From positions 31,197,022 through 31,261,021 of the forward strand of contig JASCQW010000032.1 of NCBI GenBank assembly GCA_030264375.1: a stretch of DNA of 64,000 bases. Reading direction: 5' to 3'. Both the position numbers and the translations under genes were made by a program. The DNA comes from Carcharhinus longimanus. Its lineage: Eukaryota. The notes beneath the pieces were generated by a model. The model searched no databases. It was given only the letters and a program-made list of their open reading frames with translations, and was not told the DNA's origin. Shown here one piece after another: positions 13,736-27,139 of the stretch. Numbering within the stretch: position 1 is the stretch's first letter; each line of letters begins with the position of its first letter.

Positions 13736-14020
13736 CCTCTGCCTTCCTACCATCTCCTGGCCTGTTGCTATATTAGGGGCAGGTAGGTAAAATGTCTGCC
13801 TGCCCTTAGGCCTCTTGAGGCCTTTAAATGACCACTTAAGAGTCACTAAGGACCTCACTCCACCTTTTTCTACTACCTTAAGGAGTCACGAGGAATATTG
13901 CATGAAATGCACATATCTAAATTATGGAAGACCATTGTAGTACTCATTGATCACAATAACTTCATTACAGTGTCAATGTAAGATTACTTGCGACTAATAA
14001 ATAAACTTCTAACTTTTTTT
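13736..14020. repeat. Right arm of the ~290-bp inverted duplication
   Basis: Reverse complement of 11638-11928. Confidence 0.9.
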
Positions 14021-17000
14021 CTATGTCCTTATTGGTTAAGTGCTGACCTCTACATCTTTCTTGCCTGCTTTTGTTACTGGATGGAATTCTCCCCACCAGC
14101 CTGCGGTGGGTTTGGTGGTGGGCAGGTGGAGTGAATCTGGCAGGAGCCAAAAATTTGGAAATCCCAAAGGCAGGTTAATGGCGGGTTGGTCTTCCCATTG
14201 GAAGGTGGCACAAGTGCCATTTGCGCTTCATGAATGTTCATTCAAACATTTGCCCGCCAGCATCCTGTTAGGCCTTTCAGTCTTGCATCACACTAGCAGA
14301 ATTTACATTGGCATAAAACTCACTTGCTAATGAGAGGCATACAAAATACTCGCCACATATTTCTGGGTGAGTGCAACAAATTTCTGTCATAATGCTGTGC
14401 TCCTCCTGATGTACACAATTCTGTTGAGGCAAACCAGTTCCTGCCCTCTATCTCCATGCTGAGCTGGTCTTCACGGACAGCACCGTGCAGCTGGACCCAG
14501 GGAACATGCTGTGTCACTGAGTCAGATCAGTATTGTGCCTGGGGTTGGCGACTACAGGGGTTTAATTAACCCTGATGCCACACAACAGTGTCTACCTGGA
14601 TAGCATTGTGGTGTGGGACCCGTGTGGCCACCACAGCAAAGGTCAGAAGTTTGTTTGTGGGGTGGATTGTGAGGTGAGGCCGGGGGTTGGGGAGTGTGAC
14701 CTAACAGACAATCGGGGGCAATGTAGAAGGAGGGCTGTGCAAGAAGTGGGGAAGGGAAGGGTTCATGATGGCAAGCAGAGGGGCAAGGAGGTGGATGAAC
14801 AATGAAAGGCAGAAGGAAGACTGAGGGTAGGAAACTGGATCCTGACAAGGCTGCCTGAAAAGCTCTCAAACAACGGGGTCAGAGCGATACCACATCGTTT
14901 ACTGGAAGGGTATGCACGAAGGCTCCAGATGCAATGGCACCAGAGAATCCCAGTCATGAACAAGGATGGCGATTTTTGGTATTAGTGTCAAAATGGGAAA
15001 ATTCTGCCTGTTGTTTCATAGTTCATAAAACTAATTGCATTCTAGTAAAAATTCTACCTAATTGCATTGTATTGAAATGTATTTGTAGCAAAGCCATTGG
15101 TTCAGTCCCTCATTTACCGTGCTGTAAACTTCCAAAACTGAAAATTTAACCATAACCTTGGCTCCAACAACCCGTCAACCTCCCCTCCCCACAACCGGTC
15201 TTCCAAACATTCTAGATATGTCTTCCTTTCCACCCAACCCGTGCTGCAGGTTTGAACACTTCCCTCAAAGTTGCTTTAATACTCTATTTTTCATCTAAGG
15301 CTTCAAAAAGTGAAGCAATAAATATTCTTAACGTGCCCTCTTCCTCTGATCTCTGTATCTTTTGCCCAAGTTGTGTTCCCTCCCAAAATAATAGAAATGG
15401 AATGGAGGTGTTAAACACAAGCTTTATTACAACAAGTTTTAATAGAAATAATTCTCCAATTTTTAAAATCTATTTCAAATTTATAATTAGACGTTGCTTT
15501 CGAATTCACTGACAAATTACGTTCTAATAATTATTTTCTACATTCCAACTTCTAAGCTTTAGAAGATTTTTCAGAAATTGACTTCAGAAAAGCATTGATA
15601 AAGTCCATCTATTATACTATTAACTGGTACCTTCCTTGCTCATAATACCCCTATAAAAATTAGCATTATAAGCACTTTCGTATGTTTGGAAACACATTTT
15701 ATAAATGAATTGTGTAAGAGCTAATGATGAAATTTGGTTTCCAATTCTACTGTGGATGTGAATCAAAGTTTGTTTTAAACATATTTATTGTATTGTTCAT
15801 GCTGACATATGGAAATACCTCTCCTATCTCAATGCTGGGCATAACATATTGGCCAGATCTTCCAGTCTCTAGGTTGTTGGAGATTGAATACATAACCCAA
15901 GATCTGTGTTGGGACCCTGCCGAAGTCCCATTGTTCTGAACTCCTTGGGAATTTCCCAGGGACTTTGAATTTCCAATTGACAACTCCCCTGCTCTTCAGG
16001 AACCACCACTAAAGTCTCTGACTCGGAGGTTGAGTTGGAGTCTTCGGACAGTTCTGTGAAACTTACCTGGCTAATTACCCAGGAAATATTAGACAAAAAG
16101 TACTCGGTATAACTCATGAGTAACTACAGACCTGATGCCCAATCACTCACGTCAATCCCAGAGTAACATCTCTCCCACTGCACGACTCCCTGATTAACTC
16201 CTACTACTACTTGCCCTGACCACTCTGATTATCCCGACTCAGCTACCTCCCCAACCCCATAACTAACTATCGATCCAAATTATCCATCCTTAACAAGACA
16301 TAACTATCCCCTCACCCACCACCACCAGACTACACCTTCAACCCAACATAATTCCCTTCTGAGTACATTTGCCTATCTGATTTGACTACCCTGCACCCCC
16401 TTATAGATTCACCCACCTATCACACTATGCCCACCCTACACACTGGCCATTCCAGACAGTTAATGTTCTACCCATCTGCCACTTGCAACCCCACTCATAC
16501 CACTCTAACACCCGCCACCCTAACCCCCTGCCAATCTACCCATTACCATCCTGCCCATTCACTTATTCATCTGATTGCCCATTCACCCGTTCACTAAGAT
16601 TCATTCAGGATATTTAAACCCACCATATGGCAGCTGGTGCCATTAAGCTGAGATGTGATTTGTCTTCCCCCAACACTACAGAAAAGCAATGGAGCGCTAT
16701 GTGGGATTTAAGCTCCATTTTTCTGAGGCAGCTGGCTCAGAAGACTCGGCCAGAAATGCAGAACACCTTTGTGGCATTGAAAATTTTGAGAGGAGTGGCA
16801 ATCCGGTAATGGTTGCTGCTTTGTGGAGGATCCTGGCTATATTTATTACAGAAAGAATCGTGACAGACTGCATTGAACTGGATTTTAGTTTTGCAGTTGT
16901 CAGCCAATTAGGATTTTTCTTATGTCTGCTCAACAGCAGAGAATTATAGAAGAATACAACACAGAAAAGAAACTACTGATCCCATTGGGCCTGTGCTGGA

Positions 17001-17118
17001 CATTGATTTGGGTTTTACAGTGACAATGATGGTGAAAGTATCATTACCCCACTGAAACAAACAGCAGCTTCTGGAGTTCACATCTGCACAGAATAATGCA
17101 ACACTCCAGAAGCTACAG

Positions 17119-18430
17119 CAGGGATTCCCAAACTGTGGGTTGCAATCCTGAGCTCCGTCCCACCTCTCAGGCAGCAAAGGGGACTATTATGATTAGTATA
17201 AAGTGGAAAGTGCACTTCCTTGTGCACTATACAGATGAAGCATATGTACATAGAGAAGAAAAGAGAGAGTGCAGAATGCAGTGTTACAGTCATAGAGAGG
17301 GTGTAGGGAAAGATCAGCTTAATATGATGTAGGTCCATTCAAAAGCCTGATGGCAGCAGGGAAGAAGCTGTTCTCGAGTCAGTTGGTACTTGTCTTCAGG
17401 TTTTTGTAAGTATTTCCTGATGGAAGAAGGTGGAAGAGAGTATGTCTGGGATACGTGGGATTCTTAATTGTGCTGGCTGCTTAGCCGAGGCAGCAGGAAG
17501 TGCAGACAGAGCCAATGGATGGGAAGCTGCTTTGGATGACGGACTGGGCTTCATTCACAACTCTTTGTGGTTTTTTTGTGGTCTTGGGCAGAGCAGGAGC
17601 CACACTAAGCTGTGATACAACCAGAAAGAAAGCTTTCTATGGTGCATCTGTAAAAGTTGGTGGTAGTCGTTGCTGACATGCCAAATTTCCTTCGTCTTCT
17701 GAGAAAGTAGAGGTGATGGTGGGCTTTCTGAACTGTAGTGGCAGCATGGGGGGATCAGATTGTTGGTGATCTGGACACTTAAAATCTTGAAGATCTCGAC
17801 TATTTCTACTTCGTCCCCATTGATGTAGGCAGGGGCATGTTTTCCACCATGCTGCCTGAAGTCAATGACAATCTCCTTCGTTTTGTTGTCCTTGAGCGAG
17901 AGATTATTGTCGTCGCACCAGTTCACCAATGGAGCAGAGGCTCTGGTTCATGGATCCCTTGGATCAACGCTGCCAAATAGCAGGAGACAGTGAACCCAAT
18001 GCCTGCCCCCTAAAGGCTAAAAGCAACTTTTAGTGCGGTGTTCGAGTGGGCCAGGGGTGTCTTTGCACCGAATTAGGACACTAATCACAGCTTCAGCTTT
18101 TACTATATTTTTGCTCTTGCCTGCCTTTTGTAAAAGCTCATTAAACAGGGATAATGATTAAGGGGTGTGTTTGTGCGCACGTGTGTGTCTGTGTGTGTTT
18201 GGCACAAATCTAAACGAGCACATTAAATAACAGCATTCTCACAAAGTGCTTTCCAACACATGTTTGTATTTATGTGGTGTATGGTATGTGAAATACACAG
18301 ACTTTAATATTTATAAACCAAATGTTACCATGCTGTTTTACTGCTGCTCTATTTCTTCTGATGTCTGGGGTCATGCTCATTTTCGGAAGTTAAAATGGGG
18401 TCACATTGGAAAATAGTTTGGGAAGTACTG
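17119..18430. mobile_element. hAT (Charlie-like) non-autonomous DNA element hosting a nested LINE fragment
   Basis: Termini cagggattcccaaac ... gtttgggaagtactg are imperfect inverted repeats; 8-bp flanks agctacag / gtctagag resemble a decayed NTCTAGAN-type target duplication. Confidence 0.55.
17190..17930 (-). mobile_element. Rex1/Babar-like LINE 3' fragment
   Basis: ORF 17555..17929: WCDDNNLSLKDNKTKEIVIDFR...YINGDEVEIVEIFKILSVQITNNL; same family as 5825-6277. Confidence 0.8.
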
Positions 18431-18587
18431 GTCTAGAGGGTACACTGTTGAGGCACCTCCAGAATTTGATGGGTTTGATGTAGGAAGTCTTGTAACACAG
18501 GGGTAGTGTACACACCTCAGGGCCAGGAACTCTGGGTTCAAGTCTCCCATGAGGACTCGTTAGCTGCTGAAGAAGCATTTATACCAT

Positions 18588-18905
18588 GGCAGCACAGTAG
18601 CACAGTGGTTAGCACTGCTGCTTCACAGCTCCAGGCTTGGGTCACTGTCTGTGTGGAGTTTGCACATTCTCCTCATGTCTGTGTGGGTTTCCTCCGGGTG
18701 GTCCAGTTCCCTCCCACAGTCCAACGATGTGCAGGTTAGGTTGATTGGCCATGCTAAAATTGCCCTTAGTGTCCTGAGATGTGTAGGTTAGAGGGATTAG
18801 TGGGTAAAAATATGTAGGGATATGGGGATAGTTCCTGGATGGGATTGTGGTTGGTGCAGACTTGATGGGCTGAATGGCCTCTATCTGTACTGTAGGGATT
18901 CTATC
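18588..18905 (+). mobile_element. HE1-like V-SINE
   Basis: cacagtggttagcactgctgc...ctcccacagtccaacgatgtgcaggttagg...tgtagggattctat. Confidence 0.9.
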
Positions 18906-18914
18906 TATTGGAGT

Positions 18915-19230
18915 CTACAAGTTTGTGAGGTGGTTTGATGCTGAAAGGACATTTCCCCTTGCAAGAGAGATCAAAGCTACAGGACAGAGTTTAAAAATTA
19001 TATTTTCTTTTTCTATGAGTGTTGATGGTCTATGAAATTCTCTTCCACAGAGAACAGTGGCAGTTGGATCACTGAATATTTTTAAGGTTGAGTTGGATAG
19101 ATTTTGGTTGACAAGAGAGTAAAAGGGGAGGCAGAAAAGTGGAGTTGATACTACACTGGTATGAGTTATCATCTTACCAAATGATGGAGCAGGCTTGATG
19201 GGTAGAATGGTCTTCTCCTGCTGCAAATTA
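18915..19230 (+). mobile_element. CR1 3' fragment
   Basis: tgaaattctcttccacagagaacagtgg...gatggagcaggcttgatgggtagaatggtcttctcctgct. Confidence 0.7.
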
Positions 19231-19309
19231 GTAAGTAAACTCAGTATAGAAGTACCAGTGTTTCATGAGAGTTCCTGATGGTGTGAAACTCAGTCACTTG
19301 GCATCCGTG

Positions 19310-20567
<1,258 letters not shown>

Positions 20568-21144
20568 CTGGGAAGGAAATGCAAGAAGCCAAGGAAAATC
20601 AGTGTAAGTGATTGAAGGGTTCTGGTTTATCCTGGGAAATTAGATACACTGCACTCTCTCAGACTGCACATTCCCAATTCAGCTATCAGACACAGCACTG
20701 GGCAAAACTGTCAAATCACAGCCCAAGCTTCTGGGAAAGACAGAGGCCTTCAGATAAAAGCTACAAAGAAAACATTAAAAGACATTAAATGTGCCTCTGT
20801 CTCTAGTGACCCATCAACAAAACTCAGCCTATAAATCAGAAGAGCTTCCAATAAACACATTCAATATCCAACACACAGCTTCAACCAAACAACTCAGCAC
20901 TCTGACAGCTCTCAGCCAATAAGGGAGAGAACGCATAATAAACCTACCCATAATACCCATGTCAATCACTCCAGCCAGTTCTGTGCAGGTGCTTTCAGAC
21001 AGATTCTCATCTGCCCAGAACTAAACCTGTTGGACTTTTCACCTGGTGTTGTGAGACTTCTTACAGAACAACATTACCCATGCTGCATATGGCCTTGGGC
21101 CTAGGCAGTGAGGAGTGGCAGTATGGAATCAGGGGAGCCAGCCT

Positions 21145-21183
21145 GCGATGCTTGATGGGAGTTGTAGTTCTGCCATGCGCAGT
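21145..21183 (-). promoter_or_regulatory. ZNF143/THAP11-type ACTACAnnTCCCA motif plus NRF1-like site (probable promoter of the ZNF pseudogene)
   Basis: Minus strand: ACTGCGCATGGC-AGA-ACTACAACTCCCATCAAGCATCGC; a donor-like site (CATGG/GTAATG) follows at 21078/21077. Confidence 0.6.
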
Positions 21184-21469
21184 GGCGGTTGGAGTTCAGC
21201 ATAAAAATAAATTACTGCAGATTCTGGAACCTGAAACCAAAAGAGAAAATGCTGGAAAATCTCAGCAGATTGGGCAGCATCTATAAGTAGAGAAAAGAGC
21301 TAATGTTTTGAGTCCAGATGAGCTTGCTAGACCTGGAGCGTGAGCCCAAGCAGGTGGATCAAATTGAAAAACAGAGATTGACCCTTGGTAGGAACCAGAG
21401 TGATGGCAGTGGGGAGATTCACCATTTGAGGAGATTCTCTGTATACAACTGAAGGATCCCAACTGTCCA

Positions 21470-21653
21470 CATTATGTATTCATAATTTGAAGAGGGAACT
21501 GAATGTACTATGTCCAAATGTGCAGATGATACAAAGTTGGGTGCAAGGGTGAGCTGTGAGAAGGATGCAGAGATGCTTCAACGTGATTTGGACAGGCTGA
21601 GTGTGTGGGCATATTCATGGCAGATGCTGTATAATGTGGATAAATGTAAGGTT
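21470..21653 (+). mobile_element. CR1 RT fragment
   Basis: ORF 21510: SKCADDTKLGARVSCEKDAEMLQRDLDRLSVWAYSWQMLYNVDKCKV. Confidence 0.85.
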
Positions 21654-22288
21654 CAATACATTCAATATTTTGGCATTAACTACTTCCTGTGGTAATGAAT
21701 TCCACAGGCTCACCAGTTTTTGGGTGAAGGAATGTCTCCTCCTCTCCGTCCTAAGTGGTCTACCCCAAATCCTCAGACTGTGACCCCTGGTTCTGGACAC
21801 CCCCACCATTGGGAACAATGACCCTATATCTACCCTGTTTAGTCCTGTTAGAATTTTATAAGTCTCTGTGAGATCCCCCTTTATTCGTCTGAACTCCAGC
21901 GAAAACAATCCTAATCTCATCGATCTCTCTTCATACATCAGAGCTGCCATCTCCGGAATCAGCCTGGTAAACCTTCGCTGCACTCTTGAGAAATCAAGAA
22001 CATCCTTCCCAGAAAAGGAGACCAAAACTGCACACAATATTCTAGGTGTGGCTTCACCAAGGCCCCTGTATAATTGTAACAACGCATCCCTGCTCCTGTA
22101 CTCCAAACCTCTCGCAACGAAAGCCAACATACCATTTGCCTTCTTTACCGCCTGCTGCACCTGTGCGCTTACTTTCAGTGACTGGTGCACCCAGATCCCT
22201 CTGCACACTTCCCTCTCTCCAGTTTACAGCCATTCAGGTAGCAATTTACCTCCTTGTTTTTGCTTCCAAAGTGAATAACATTTATCCA
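21654..22288 (-). mobile_element. CR1 ORF2 C-terminal fragment in the opposite orientation
   Basis: ORF 21615..22208: HQSLKVSAQVQQAVKKANGMLAFVARGLEYRS...RVQRRFTRLIP...LWNSLPQEVV. Confidence 0.9.
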
Positions 22289-22351
22289 ACTTATATTTTC
22301 AATGCAGCAACATTCTCCACTCGTTTTCCCTCCCCCACCCCCGGCACTGAC

Positions 22352-22491
22352 CTGTTCCATTCTCCGCCCTCTCCTGGGAACTCAGCCATGCATCGCTGGC
22401 CCCGTCGCACCTCCTCGCCCTTGAGGAAAGGTTGCTCCTGTGTGATGACGGACAGGGCGTTGAAGAGTTGGCACATCTTCACGTAGGTCTC
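22352..22491 (-). other. tdrd10: Isolated 140-nt coding-like exon resembling the TDRD10 Tudor domain
   Basis: Acceptor ctctctgtctctacccag/GAG; open frame ETYVKMCQLFNALSVITQEQPFLKGEEVRRGQRCMAEFPGEGGEWN(R); donor AACAG/gtcagt. Resembles recalled human TDRD10 (ALHQNMQALFSTLAQAEEQQPYLEGSTVMRGTRCLAEY..GHAWNR). Confidence 0.7.
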
Positions 22492-25400
22492 CTGGGTAGA
22501 GACAGAGAGGAATCAGTCCCGTTAAATCCCAAACCTGATGGGAGGGTCGATGTCCACCTCACCACATTCCTTGCCAAAAGGAGGAATTCATACTTCTACA
22601 CCTTTCACAATCGCAGGATATCTGAAAGTGCCTCNNNNNNNNNNNNNNNNNNNNNNNNNNNNNNNNNNNNNNNNNNNNNNNNNNNNNNNNNNNNNNNNNN
22701 NNNNNNNNNNNNNNNNNNNNNNNNNNNNNNNNNNAGTGTCCTGAGATGTGTAGGTTAGAGGGATTAGTGGGTAAATATGTAGGGATGTGGGGATAGGGCC
22801 TGGGTGGGATTGTGGTCGGTGCAGACTCGATGGGCCAAATGGTCTCTTTCTGTGCGGTAGGGATTCTGTGATTCTAATTGGACTGAAAATGTGCCTGAGA
22901 ATCCTTCCACCATCCTCAAACCTTCTCCAAAGGAAACAAAAGTGTGCAAAAAGGCCACAAAAAATGGAATTGATGTGAAGTCCCACTCTTATGTTCTTAT
23001 TCTCATTGTAAAAACACTTGAACAAGCTATACTTTGTTGAAGAAGGTGCATCTGGGTTTTAACATTAACAAACTTCATAATTACAAATATTTGAAGGTAC
23101 ACATTGCATTATGGCTGGAGCATTGCAGGAGAGGGGCCGTTATACTATTTGTGGTGGGTAGAACCCCTTTCGAAATACCCTCCCCCCCCATCCATCCAGC
23201 CCCCACCGTGGCGATGGAATTTGGTTCACGACATTGACGCCTTATCAGGTCGAAAGGTCCTGGGGCCATATTTATAGTCTGCACTATTGCTTCCACCTTT
23301 GGCCAGACTCTGTTCCATCTTTGCCTGCCAGCCCCTCTTCCCTTCCTCGGTCGACCTCCATGCAGCTCGCATTGCCACCACCTGGCCTCAAGCATAGGCT
23401 GGCATTTACAGACACTCCCCAAAGGGGGCACCGCAATGACAACTCGCCGGTAACCATGGAAGCAGCCTGCCATGCCAGGTGCACACCACTTACGTGTGGC
23501 ACTGGCTGGCGCTGCTGAGACTACAGAGCTGCTAGCCAATCTGATTAGCTGGCGTCTTTCTGAGGCGGGGGTGGGGTTTTATGGCCTTCCTCGTCCCGAA
23601 AATGTAAAACCCCACCCGAGGTCCACGGGCCTTCCCATTGTCTGCCCTTCGACCCCAGATTCTCATAGTGGGTGGGGCGATAAAATTCCGGCCAGGATCT
23701 TTTGCCTGATGAGGGGCAGAAGTCCGGCCTCCAGCCAATCAATGCTGCTCAGAACATTAAATGGCTTTGGGGCTGTTGTGATTGGTGGAGATATTTATGA
23801 TGTTGACTCTGTATGTGGTATCTGCTGCGAAATCCTGCCCATTTAATGCTAGATATAAAATTCAGGATTGTATTTGTCTTTTTGAGGTTGTACATACTGC
23901 CATCTTCAACAGCCTGTCTATCTACATAACACAGTCTCTAGTCGTCTTTTGTATTTAAAAGCTAATTATTTAAGATATACTTTACCCCCTTACTCTCACC
24001 TCCAAACTACACAAATCTGTATTTNNNNNNNNNNNNNNNNNNNNNNNNNNNNNNNNNNNNNNNNNNNNNNNNNNNNNNNNNNNNNNNNNNNNNNNNNNNN
24101 NNNNNNNNNNNNNNNNNNNNNNNNATCTGTATTTGTCCTCAAACTTTCAAATACCTAAACCAGATAAGAGAGTAGTTGTATGGGACATCAATGGTGGCCA
24201 TACATGGTGCTGGTCATTTATTCCAGTATTTTATAAGCTTATTTTCATTTGTTTCAGCACATGATAGATTCAACTCTTTGGGGACAACTTTGAGCCCACA
24301 TTCTCCATCTGCGGGAATGGAGGCGCGCAGTCAAGATTTGAAAAGCGCCATTTGCATCGGCAAATTTCTGAGTTCCAATCTTACTGGCCCCTCACCGGTG
24401 GAATAATCTGAAACATGCTACAGGGCCACAGAAAACTCATTTTAATACATTATCATGTCATTAGCGAGCACTCTCTTCAGGGCTTCTCCCTTCACTGGAC
24501 ATCCAGTAGGCACTGGTGTGACGCCACGACAGCCCCCATTTGCAACAGCTCTACATAAGCATAAACCTGGTACCTTCACCTCCGAGGGAAATTTTGGAAG
24601 TGGGCGCTCAGGCGGCCAGCACCCGCCATGGTGTGCACAGCTCAGGGGGCATCAGAGAGGACGCAGGGAACACAGATAAGTTCAACTCAGGGCCGGGGGT
24701 CCCATAATCACACCAGTTCAGGGAGAGGGGTCGAGAGGGGTCACTTGGAGGCCTTACCTTCCCTTCATGTTAGGGTGCCCCTTGCACTAAAGGCTGCTAA
24801 TGCTTCCTGTGCCCACTTTGCTGGGTTCCTGTCCATATCACAGTTGAGGCAGTGTCTTTCCTTAATGGGGGCTGGTAAGAGGGTGGATGGGACATACACT
24901 CCCACCCTCACACTCTACAGAGATGAGGCACCAGGTGAGCGCAGTGTTTCCCCCAAGCATGAACAGACAGGGTTTAGGCTCCGTTGGTGAACAAAGTGAA
25001 ATTTAATGCCAAACTTGTGTTTTTCCTCTGGGTGTTCTGGATTCCTCCCACTGTCCAAAGCTGTTCAGGTTAGGCAGATTGGCCATGCTAAATTGCCCCT
25101 TAGTGTCCCAGGATGTGTAGGTTGAATATTGTAAAACGCTTAACAGAGCTAATTGAATGTTACGATGCAATCTGGAATATTATAATACTGTGCAAACACT
25201 CCCAATGGATATCTTCACCATATGGAAACCTATTTCAGAAATGCAGGTATGCACTGGCCCATGATTGTTCAACCATTCATTTTGATGATTGAAAGGCTCT
25301 TGGGATGCTGTGCATCAGATTCCTGACATGCAAACCCAGCATGTGGTAAACTCCGCACCGTAAGGACGCACTTCTAAACTTTTCCCTGGCAAATCTATGA

Positions 25401-26055
25401 AGTCATGCTAAGGCTTCTTAATGCATTGGTCAGATCATACTTACAGCGCTGTGCTCAGCTTTCATTGCAACATCTGAAAAATAAATATTCAAGAACACAC
25501 ACACAGAACATTTCAATCTTTTCCCCATCTTGGCAACAAGCCGGCATCCTGCTATTCGTGATTGCGTGAGAAAATTGGGAGACTGAACTGAGTCAGGATC
25601 ATATTGTTTGAGCCTGAGACAATGTCAGTGTGACCAGAGGATCTCCTTACTTTTATAACTGTGATGAAAATGCATCCATTCAAGCCCCATTTTCAGAATA
25701 TGAAAAGTAACTATTTCTTTACTGAAATCAAGTGATTTTAAAAGCAAAAAAAAACAGAACCCTGCTAGCCTTGTCTCCCAGTTTTCTGTCATGCTATGGA
25801 TGATTGTCTATTATGTGGCACTAGGCAGTAGGGTGAAGCTGACAGGTAGCTGAGTGTGGGACTTCATTGTTGCTACTGTTCTTGACAGAAGTCTCTTTGG
25901 TACAAACTGCAAATCAACAAAACAAATGTCATTAGCGAGCACTCTCTTCGGGAGTTCTCCCCTCACTGGATATTCAGTGGGCGCTGGCATGACATCATGC
26001 TGCCCCATTTACAACAGGTCTATATAAAGCATAAACTTGGTGCCTTCACCTGTGA

Positions 26056-26445
26056 TGGCACAGTGGTTAGCACTGCTGCCTTACAATGCTGGGGACCCAG
26101 GTTCGATTCCTGGCTTGGGCCACTGTTAGGGTGGAGTCTGCATCTGTCAGTGCATTCTCTGCATGGGTTTCCTGCCACAGTCCGAAAGACATGCTAAATT
26201 CTCCTTCAGTGTACTTGAACAGGCAACAGAGTGTGTTGACTAGGNNNNNNNNNNNNNNNNNNNNNNNNNNNNNNNNNNNNNNNNNNNNNNNNNNNNNNNN
26301 NNNNNNNNNNNNNNNNNNNNNNNNNNNNNNNNNNNNNNNNNNNNCCTTCAGTGTACTTGAACAAGCAACAGAGTGTGTTGACTAGGGAACTTTCACAGAA
26401 CTTCATTGCAGTGTTAATGTAAGCTTACTTGTGACAATAATAAAC
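26056..26445 (+). mobile_element. V-SINE variant with the alternative tail, gap-interrupted
   Basis: ggcacagtggttagcactgctgcc head; tail cttcattgcagtgttaatgtaagcttacttgtgacaataataaac. Confidence 0.75.
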
Positions 26446-27139
26446 TTTTTAAAAAAATGCTTTCAAAGTAAATAGCCTACAAGCTAGCAGAGGTATCACG
26501 TGATATTTTTGAAATATAAAATTAACATCCTAAATGCAATCCATTTCTCAAAAAGCAGCATCTGTGAGCTGATGATGTTTTAAAAATCGCATCGGGCGTG
26601 GAAATTCCAAAACCTTTGAATAAAGTGACTGAATTATAAAATTGTGCTAACCTCAAACCAAGGAGCATAATTATGAACCCAATAGAAATTCGGACTCTCT
26701 CATCTCCATGGATTCCATCAGCATCTGTGATCTCTCTCTTCTCTTAGCCCTTTTGTATAGCATAAACCACTAGGCTCTTATTAAAGAGATTATTCAATCC
26801 TTATGGAAAATCCAGATCGACTTTCAAAAGACAGCAAACCATTCTGAACATATGGAGCTCCTAAAAGAGGAAATTCCATGGAGATGAACTTTATGCTAAT
26901 GATTAATTGTCTTCTGATGCATTTTAAATGCTATTGCATCAAACATTTCAATCGCTTATAAGATTATTTTTGGATTTTTTTTGTGGGCAAGCAATTAATG
27001 GCCCTTGAGACTGAAGCACCCAGGAGCTATTACAGGATCAAAATTCGTTACATCCTTATTGCATTTTTTCATCTCAATGAGAAAAAGAAATACTTCTGTT
27101 GATCTACATTTGGAGTTTAGGTGACATATGCTGAGATTG

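Noticed and set aside
15724-15939. Short ORF with a hydrophobic stretch (FVLNIFIVLFMLTYG) as a candidate collagen exon 1
   Set aside because: No suitable phase-1 GT donor after a signal-peptide-length segment and no acidic linker; chance hydrophobicity in AT-rich DNA is likely.
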